In this document: piece after piece, positions 19,852 to 26,835 of the stretch
Layout of the letters: every line of letters starts with the position of its first letter
How positions within the stretch are numbered: position 1 is the stretch's first letter
NCBI GenBank assembly: GCA_039024555.1
Contig: JBCCQQ010000033.1
Coordinates: 1 to 64,000, forward strand
DNA: 64,000 nt
Origin: Cyanobacteria bacterium P01_D01_bin.156
GTDB lineage: Bacteria; Cyanobacteriota; Cyanobacteriia; Phormidesmidales; Phormidesmidaceae
Direction: 5' to 3'
The notes under the pieces: model-generated
Told to the model about the DNA's origin: nothing
The model's database searches: none
What the model saw: only the letters and a program-made list of their open reading frames with translations
Made by a program: the position numbers and the translations under genes

Positions 19852-20202
19852 ATGGAACCTAAAAACGTATACACAGAACTCGCTGCTCATCCTGAGGGGT
19901 CTTTTCTTGATATTGTTGCCTTTAATGACAGCAATTTAGGAGCATGCAGTATTACGGGTGTCTCTCCTGTTTGGGAAATGCACCCAGATACAGACGAATG
20001 GTTTTATATCCTCGAAGGAGAGTTTGAAATGACTCTCCTAGAAGGAGAAGAGCCACAGCATTTTAAGGCTGAAGCGGGTTCTACATTTGTCATCCCCAAA
20101 GGCATCTGGCATAAACCCGGTGCGCCCGAGGGATGTAAGTTTATCTACTTCACCCCTGGTCAAACGCTACATTCAGACAAAGACGATCCTCGCAGCTCCT
20201 AA
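19852..20202 (+). CDS. cupin domain protein
   Basis: WEMHPDTDEWFYILEG and IPKGIWH cupin motifs. Confidence 0.88.
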   Translation: MEPKNVYTELAAHPEGSFLDIVAFNDSNLGACSITGVSPVWEMHPDTDEWFYILEGEFEMTLLEGEEPQHFKAEAGSTFVIPKGIWHKPGAPEGCKFIYFTPGQTLHSDKDDPRSS

Positions 20203-20326
20203 ATCACTAAAACATCAATTAAAGCGCAATAGGAGAGCAGAAACACCTGCAACCATGGGCTTTGGGTGTGCCACAATTACAGGTGTCGCGAAAGTTTCGT
20301 GATAGTGGATGTGCTAACTCGGAGAC

Positions 20327-22531
20327 TTATCCTAACAGCAATGTCTTACTACGAGCAGCAATCGCTTCTGCAGTTAAACCGTTGAAGGCAAATAACTGTC
20401 CTGCACTGGCTGTCGTTTCACCACGCTTCCAAGCCAACACATCACGGCGCGAACCACTCCGCAACATAACAGGTTCCAGCATCGCGCTAGCACCACCGGT
20501 GACTCCCAACAATGCATCCCCCGCAAAGAGAGCTTCAAAGTCGGCATCGCCCAGGAATGTATCTTCACCGTTACGGCAGGTTTCCCAAGCAACATCACTA
20601 GAGCGATAAAGATTACGAGGGCTAACAATTCCAACTACTCTAGACCCAATACCTTCTGTTGCTAGGACGGCTGCTGCCTCCATAACAGGGAGTAGCATCA
20701 TATCTCCAACGACGGCAAAGACAACAGTCTTCTCACCAGGTGTTTCTTGTAAAAGAACAGCACCCGTTTTGAGGGCCTCACGGGTTTGCTCTAGAGTGGT
20801 GCGAATAGGCAAAGAAGACTTACTAGCAGTAATGGTGATTCCTCTATTACTTGTGCCCACAGCCCATTCATAGCAGGCCTGAATACTGTTAGCATCTATG
20901 GGAAATAGAGGGAACATATTGCCGTTACGCATCATAGCGGCAAAGTAATTTTCAATCTCGGGACGCTGATGTGTCCAACCATTACGTCCCTGCTCTAAAG
21001 CACCTGCTGTAAACAAACAAATGGTTGAAGGGGTGTTCCGTCGCAGTTCTGCCATGGCTTGGGTCACTGTTTGCCAAATGGGAAGGCCATTGATGGCAAA
21101 AGATTCGTAAGAGCACCATAGACTACGACCGCCAAACAGTGCTTGGGCTGCAGCTAAACCAGCACAGGCATCTTCACTGAGGGGTTCATATACCTGACCA
21201 GTGGGACCTTGAAAGTAGAGATCATCAGTGGTAGGGTGAACAATCTTGAGGGCCTGGTTAATATTGTTGATACCTGAAGCGGCATTGCCGTCAGCATTAG
21301 TAACAACAAAGGTGGGATCTTGCTGACCTATATGCCCTACAAGCACACCCATGGCAGTAGTGGCGACTTGTTTATCACCACCAACCGGAAACTCATTTAG
21401 GGGTAGAGTGCCTAAATCGGCTAGTGAACGTTCCGATTCTGTTACAGCCGTTTTGACGTTGGGTCCGCCGTTGGCACGCTCAAAGTTGTTGCGTACCACT
21501 TCCCAACCAAGGGTTGGCAAAGCTCGTTCCTTGAGAGCTTCTACAATATAGTCTTTCTCAAGGGAATCACCAGGATAGAGGTTATGGGATTTGGCACCAC
21601 GTTTGTGAACTCCAGCGCCTTTGAGCTGTTTGACGATGAGGACAGTTAAGGTGCCAGACAGTGCCTGTTTTGCAGCCTTGTCGGTGGCTTCAAGTAATGC
21701 CTGGGTGAAGGCCAGACGCTGTTTGAGAGTAAATGCAGTACTGTCTACATAGGCACCAGGCTGATTGGCATCATCGTAGTCTTTTGCATCTACTAGAATG
21801 ACATCCTTAAAGCCGTTACCTTTCCAATAGGCAACCATGGCTTCATTTGACTGGGTAGAAACCATGCTGTGGTGTTCCTGGGAGAATCCGTTCCACACTA
21901 AAATAGGCAAAAAGTTTGTGGATTGAGGGTAGGCCATGGTGAAGTGGGCCATGCTACTCATGATGTAGGGTTCTCCCAGGCCACCATCGCCGATGGTGAC
22001 GGGGAATAGGGTGTCTGGATTTAATTTTGCACCCGCCATGGCAAAGTGTTGTCCCTGACCGAGAGGGCCAGCAGGGTTGAGCAGTCCTGGAATCTGCCCG
22101 GAAAGATGACCTAATAGGCCATGGGTTTCGCGGAAGCGATCGCACATCTCACTTACTGTTTTAATGCCCATGGCTTCTAGGGAACGGTCTAGAAAAACAG
22201 TGCTGTAAAAGCCAGGGGCGTGGTGACCCACTTCAGTAATCAGATTTTTATGACCCAGCATTACTAAAGCAGCAATACCGTCAGCAATACTGGCAAAACC
22301 ACCAGGATGACCGGACTGCTTGCTAGCGGTCATCTGTAGCGTGAGATAGCGTAAAGCGTCGGCCGCGAGCATCGTTTGGTAAACCGCTTTAGGATCGCCG
22401 GGGGAAGCGATCGCATTTTCTCCCTCACCAATGGCTGCGGAATCTAGATAGGAGGCTACCTCTGCAGAAGCTTCACCAAAATACTGAATACCGTCACAAA
22501 ATGCTGGAGCGGCGTGCGCAGTTGCCGTCAT
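20327..22531 (-). CDS. phosphoketolase/transketolase-like ThDP-dependent enzyme
   Basis: SGHPGG, GHHAPG, GPLGQG, GDGGLGE...N ThDP motif, EPLSEDAC, SYESF, NGWTHQ. Confidence 0.85.
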   Translation of the reverse strand: MTATAHAAPAFCDGIQYFGEASAEVASYLDSAAIGEGENAIASPGDPKAVYQTMLAADALRYLTLQMTASKQSGHPGGFASIADGIAALVMLGHKNLITEVGHHAPGFYSTVFLDRSLEAMGIKTVSEMCDRFRETHGLLGHLSGQIPGLLNPAGPLGQGQHFAMAGAKLNPDTLFPVTIGDGGLGEPYIMSSMAHFTMAYPQSTNFLPILVWNGFSQEHHSMVSTQSNEAMVAYWKGNGFKDVILVDAKDYDDANQPGAYVDSTAFTLKQRLAFTQALLEATDKAAKQALSGTLTVLIVKQLKGAGVHKRGAKSHNLYPGDSLEKDYIVEALKERALPTLGWEVVRNNFERANGGPNVKTAVTESERSLADLGTLPLNEFPVGGDKQVATTAMGVLVGHIGQQDPTFVVTNADGNAASGINNINQALKIVHPTTDDLYFQGPTGQVYEPLSEDACAGLAAAQALFGGRSLWCSYESFAINGLPIWQTVTQAMAELRRNTPSTICLFTAGALEQGRNGWTHQRPEIENYFAAMMRNGNMFPLFPIDANSIQACYEWAVGTSNRGITITASKSSLPIRTTLEQTREALKTGAVLLQETPGEKTVVFAVVGDMMLLPVMEAAAVLATEGIGSRVVGIVSPRNLYRSSDVAWETCRNGEDTFLGDADFEALFAGDALLGVTGGASAMLEPVMLRSGSRRDVLAWKRGETTASAGQLFAFNGLTAEAIAARSKTLLLG

Positions 22532-22739
22532 GGATTTCAACCCCTCGAACTAAACACTGATAGGCGGCGATTGGGTCAAGACAACATGTGTACTCGCCCC
22601 CGCTGAATTCATCAAATCATAGCCTATTTTCAATGGTAATAGGTTTAATCATAGACAAAAGCATTGTTAATTACAGACAAGCTGCAGCTCATCTCCTGCC
22701 ATATCAGTTCACAAGTATTGCAACAAGCAAAATTACAGC

Positions 22740-23936
22740 TCAATGGCTCGTTGCGTTGCTAAACCTTATTGGCTGCATTTCCTCCAGTAGCGTATCTGGT
22801 TCTGGCTGGCTTTGATTCACCCAGTGGGCAAATCGCTGAGCAATGGGTAGCAACATCGCAAACGGGCTGGTAAATCCAGAAAATAAATGGATCCCCTCGA
22901 CTCCAGGTAGAGGGCCAACCAGCGGTAAACCATCTCGACTAAAGCTGACCAAGCTGTGCCGCCACTGACCAGGAATATCGGCAAGGCAAGGAATTTGAGC
23001 TGTAATCGCTTGTCGCATATCTGTTTCACTTTGGTTGGCATCAATAGTGTCTGGAACAAGATCCGTCCGAAATCGGCTGATCTGTCCGATATATGTAGAC
23101 CCGTCTAAAAATTGGATAACGCCTGAGTCAAGGATAGGAGCGGCTAGTTGATGAGATGAGTCGTCCCAAAGAGCATCCGTAGTAGCACTGCTAGCAGTTG
23201 TTTCAGCTTCAAATCGGTGGGCCACAGCAGGCATGATTAAGGTACGCAGTTTAGTGTCTACCTTGGGTAAAGCCACAATCTCAGCATGGGTGTGGTAAAG
23301 CGGTACGTGTAGATTTGCCTTTTGTAGCAGTCGACGACTGTAACCACCACCAGCAACAGCGACATTCCTGGCGGCATAAGCTTGGGTGGCCGTCAAAATA
23401 CCTGTCACTTTTTGTTTGATAGTGACCAGTCCAGTAACAGCGGCTACCATTTGTTGTCCTCCTAGTCTTCGAAACGCTTGATTAAAGGCAGCTAGGGTTT
23501 TAATTGGGTTGACATGGCCATGTTTGACGGTAAAGGCTCCCCCCACATTGTTGATATTGAGCTGGGGTTCTAAATGGTGGGCATCAGTAGCCGAGATTAA
23601 CTGAGGTGCGATCTCAAAGTCCTCATACTGGTGAATTAAACTGCTCCCATCTATGTTGGGAGTAAATGTCAACAGAAGATCAAGTTCCCTAAATTCTGTA
23701 TCTGCTCCTAATTCTTCCGATAGCTGTCGGTGACGAGTGATACCTAATGCAAAAAGTGTTTTGGTGATTGAGTTAGTGCCCGACCAATAGGCAATTCCCC
23801 CATAACTACAGCGGGTGGCATTATTTTGATTGTCATCATCCACGAGCAGAACTGAAAGGCCTTGCTGCACTAGCTCATAGCTCAAGGCGGCACCCGCTAA
23901 GCCATTGCCAATTACAATCCAGTCAAATGTTTCCAT
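22740..23936 (-). CDS. FAD-dependent oxidoreductase (DAO/glycine oxidase family)
   Basis: VIGNGLAG dinucleotide motif; DGLPLVG. Confidence 0.85.
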   Translation of the reverse strand: METFDWIVIGNGLAGAALSYELVQQGLSVLLVDDDNQNNATRCSYGGIAYWSGTNSITKTLFALGITRHRQLSEELGADTEFRELDLLLTFTPNIDGSSLIHQYEDFEIAPQLISATDAHHLEPQLNINNVGGAFTVKHGHVNPIKTLAAFNQAFRRLGGQQMVAAVTGLVTIKQKVTGILTATQAYAARNVAVAGGGYSRRLLQKANLHVPLYHTHAEIVALPKVDTKLRTLIMPAVAHRFEAETTASSATTDALWDDSSHQLAAPILDSGVIQFLDGSTYIGQISRFRTDLVPDTIDANQSETDMRQAITAQIPCLADIPGQWRHSLVSFSRDGLPLVGPLPGVEGIHLFSGFTSPFAMLLPIAQRFAHWVNQSQPEPDTLLEEMQPIRFSNATSH

Positions 23937-24280
23937 TTATCTTTTGCTCACCATTACCTACGGCGTTGTGTCCATAGCATAGTAACGTTTCTCGCATTGC
24001 CAACCTCTCCACCATAAATTTGCTGTCACTGATTAAATGGATACAACAGCTCCAACCATTGCGAGGATGCCACAGCCAAAGGTCACCTAAAAAGCCTCCG
24101 GCAGTTGGCCAGAGGCTTTTCGTTTGCACTACTGATTTACCCGATGACCCCATCTGTTAGAGATGCAACAAGTTGATACAGTCTTTAGATAGAATCATCT
24201 CAAAAATCATTAACGGTCACAATTACCTTCTGGTCCTCTGATATCACTAGCCACCAAAGTAGGTAATCCTGCAGCATTCT

Positions 24281-24496
24281 CTACGCCGCATAACCGAAGA
24301 GACTATCAAGGTACAGACTATTCACATGGGCATGATTAATACCATTCTGCATTAGAAAGAGAGAGAGGGCCGCTTGCATCATCCGCTCCTGGCTCCACAT
24401 TTCGTGGGTATCTAAATAATCCTGAATCGAGAGATATAGGGTTTCGGGAATTTCCACCATAAGACTAACAGTCGTCGGGCCTGTAACTGAGGGCAT
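24281..24496 (-). CDS. DUF2811 domain protein
   Basis: EIPETLY...YLDTH..WSQER...AALSLFLMQNG...YLDSLF. Confidence 0.8.
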   Translation of the reverse strand: MPSVTGPTTVSLMVEIPETLYLSIQDYLDTHEMWSQERMMQAALSLFLMQNGINHAHVNSLYLDSLFGYAA

Positions 24497-24762
24497 CGGC
24501 TATAAAGCTCCTTCAAGACATAAACGCAAAGCATTAGTGCCTCATAATTCTTCTGGCGCATTACGCAAACAACATTGGTAGCGGCATCCTGAAAGCAGAG
24601 CCAAGGGGAAGAACTAATCGGTCACATGGGTGGGTGTCACTTGGGTAAGTGGAGCTTTATTGTGCAGGACCACCTAAGAATTCGCAATACGCCCTACCCT
24701 TCAGACTTTTGTAATACTTTCAATGTGAATTACGAACTAATCAGGGCTCAGTCCTTTTTTTC

Positions 24763-24780
24763 GTTACGTCCAGTTACATC
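24763..24780. promoter_or_regulatory. HLR1-like (RpaB-type) direct repeat
   Basis: GTTACGTC-CA-GTTACATC, 10-bp period. Confidence 0.4.
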
Positions 24781-24798
24781 GCTGTTTTGATCCCCATC

Positions 24799-24904
24799 TG
24801 TACACAGTTTTCCACAGAAGCTCAAATTATCCCAAGATTTCGTTCATTTCTGGGGAGAACTCTGTTGAGTCTGTGGAAAACATGAGGAAATCTCTTGTGG
24901 AAAA
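24799..24904. promoter_or_regulatory. cluster of DnaA-box-like 9-mers
   Basis: TTTTCCACA at 24808-24816; TGTGGAAAA at 24872-24880 and 24896-24904; degenerate copies at 24827, 24851 and 24883. Confidence 0.65.
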
Positions 24905-25180
24905 CCTAGACTGATGTAAATAAATATTTTGTTGTTATAGCTATAGCTCTGAATAGAGTTTGTGAGTCCGCAGTCTTTACGCTGAGAGTGTTTGATTGAT
25001 TTGAATGACATTTACATATTCATTATCGTTAGTTCTTTAAGCTATGAAATGTTCTGATATATGGATTTTCCTGTCGTTGACGACTTGGAAAATATTTTTG
25101 CTTGTATGCCTCTGACCATCAATATTATGGCTGGCCGTTGAATGATGGTGAGTCCAGCCAATTCGACTAGCGCAATAAGA

Positions 25181-25214
25181 AGCCCCCATGAACGCAATTG
25201 TGCTCATGGGGGCT
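25181..25214. terminator. orphan GC-rich hairpin
   Basis: agcccccatga...tcatgggggct; followed by tcttatt on the minus strand. Confidence 0.55.
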
Positions 25215-25763
25215 CCGGTTTAGATATAAAGGGTTCTGCAATAAAGGGATCAGTCTAATGGGTAGGTGCAGATTTAGAAATAGGTCGTTATTCAATAAAG
25301 CGTTTTGTCTATGAGTCAACTATAGGCTGGGGTGATAGAGATGTCTCTAGTTAGGGCTGCTACCTAGAGTCTGCTCACATGAACATCAATTTTTGAGTGA
25401 TTGTGCGGATAGTCACAGCAAGGTGATGTAAATAGTTAGCTCTTAAATACTAGAGCACGCCATGCTAAGGCCTACTGCAAAGTGTGGATGCATAGATTTT
25501 CGCCTGTTGTACAAAGCGTTTATCGATTAAGTACAGCTTTGATATGTAGCCAATCGGCTGTAAGTTTGGCTATTTGATGTCAAAGATTGATTAGACCGCA
25601 TAGCATACAGCACAAATTGTTTTATCTGTGACTTTCGAATACACACATCAATAAGGGAGTCTTCAGTCAAGTTGCTGAAAATAATGTGGTTACTGCTACC
25701 AACCTATCCAAATCCATTTATACATAGACAACAACTTTAAACTATTTTGGCAATTAACATTGC

Positions 25764-25813
25764 TGCTTTTGCTTAGCTTTATCTGTAATCTCCGAAACTT
25801 CCTAGATGATTTA
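25764..25813 (+). repeat. duplicated upstream element, copy 1
   Basis: tgcttttgcttagcttta-N19-cctagatgattta; same blocks and spacing as 26341-26390. Confidence 0.85.
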
Positions 25814-25876
25814 GCGGAGAGAGATTGATGTAATAAATACAACTACTATTTAATAGTAACTGACAAGATTCTTGTT

Positions 25877-26059
25877 ATGTATACCAATCAACCATCTTCT
25901 CCAAGTAATAGAACATCTTCTCCATCAGAGCACTCATCTCAGGCTCTTTGGCAGCTGCTCACAGTTTTCCAACAGAAAATGACCAAGGGTGGATATCGCC
26001 ACAGTAGGATTCCTACTAATCAGCGACCCATTTATATTCGTGGTGGATATACAGGGTGA
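25877..26059 (+). CDS. putative double-glycine-leader peptide precursor 1 (60 aa)
   Basis: EHSSQALWQLLTVFQQKMTKGG followed by YRHSRIPTNQRPIYIRGGYTG; paralogous to 26448-26597. Confidence 0.6.
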   Translation: MYTNQPSSPSNRTSSPSEHSSQALWQLLTVFQQKMTKGGYRHSRIPTNQRPIYIRGGYTG

Positions 26060-26340
26060 TGGGGCCTTACTATTAGCTAGTCAGGCCTAGAGACTTAAAT
26101 GATGTTTTGAGGTACTGCTGAACCTCAGAATGATTTTATCTACAAGATATTGCTATCTCAAACATATTTTTTTCAGATTGTCGTATGTAAGGCTTAATTG
26201 TTTCGTCATAACTGAGAAACAATTAAGATGGTTATATGGCTTCAACCAAATGTCCTATATTCACGAGTGTATTAATATGAATTTGGCTGGACTATCAATA
26301 TAGTGATAACAGCTTTATGATAGTGGGCTCATGACATGAT

Positions 26341-26390
26341 TGCTTTTGCTTAGCTTTACATATAGGTTCCATATTTCCCTAGATGATTTA
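26341..26390 (+). repeat. duplicated upstream element, copy 2
   Basis: tgcttttgcttagcttta-N19-cctagatgattta. Confidence 0.85.
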
Positions 26391-26447
26391 TTGAAGAGTT
26401 ATTGTTTTACTGAGTATGTTAGATTCTTCCTCGTGAGATTTTTTGAA

Positions 26448-26597
26448 ATGCATAATCATCAATTCACTTCTCAAATAGAGAACTCATCTCAACTTCTTTG
26501 GAAACCCCTTACAGTTTCTCAACAGGAAGCTACAACAGGTGGCTGCTGCTGGCAAAGATATTGGGATGCTATGTTGAACTATTTTCGTCGTGGTTAG
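26448..26597 (+). CDS. putative double-glycine-leader peptide precursor 2 (49 aa)
   Basis: MHNHQFTSQIENSSQLLWKPLTVSQQEATTGG followed by CCWQRYWDAMLNYFRRG; start moved to ATG 26448 by alignment with precursor 1. Confidence 0.65.
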   Translation: MHNHQFTSQIENSSQLLWKPLTVSQQEATTGGCCWQRYWDAMLNYFRRG

Positions 26598-26603
26598 TTA
26601 TTA

Positions 26604-26628
26604 TATATCTACTGAACCCAGTAGATAT
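26604..26628 (+). terminator. hairpin after precursor 2 (coordinates approximate)
   Basis: atatctactg-aacc-cagtagatat. Confidence 0.5.
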
Positions 26629-26835
26629 GGCTTGATTCTTGTCTAAACAATTTCCAGCATTTGAACTACATCCTATTTAGAACCTTAAGAAGGCCACAAA
26701 TGGATTAGCCATATAGCTTTAACGTCCCTGTGGTTGTATGGAACCCTCCATGCAACCCTTAATTTTTTGATGTTCTATTGCTATGCAAGGGCACTTTAGG
26801 TACGAGTGTCGATCTAGGTACTAACCCTGAAACTA

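Noticed and set aside
26130..26303. ORF of about 57 codons between the two peptide genes
   Set aside because: No leader similarity or recognisable motif, and it runs through a hairpin; likely spurious.
25764..26390. Repeated blocks read as a CRISPR array
   Set aside because: Only two copies, 577 bp apart, and no cas genes. No CRISPR array, tRNA or rRNA gene was recognised in the window.
26340..26447. N-terminal 36 codons of the 85-aa ORF-track entry
   Set aside because: They overlap the duplicated upstream element; alignment with the paralogue places the start at ATG 26448.
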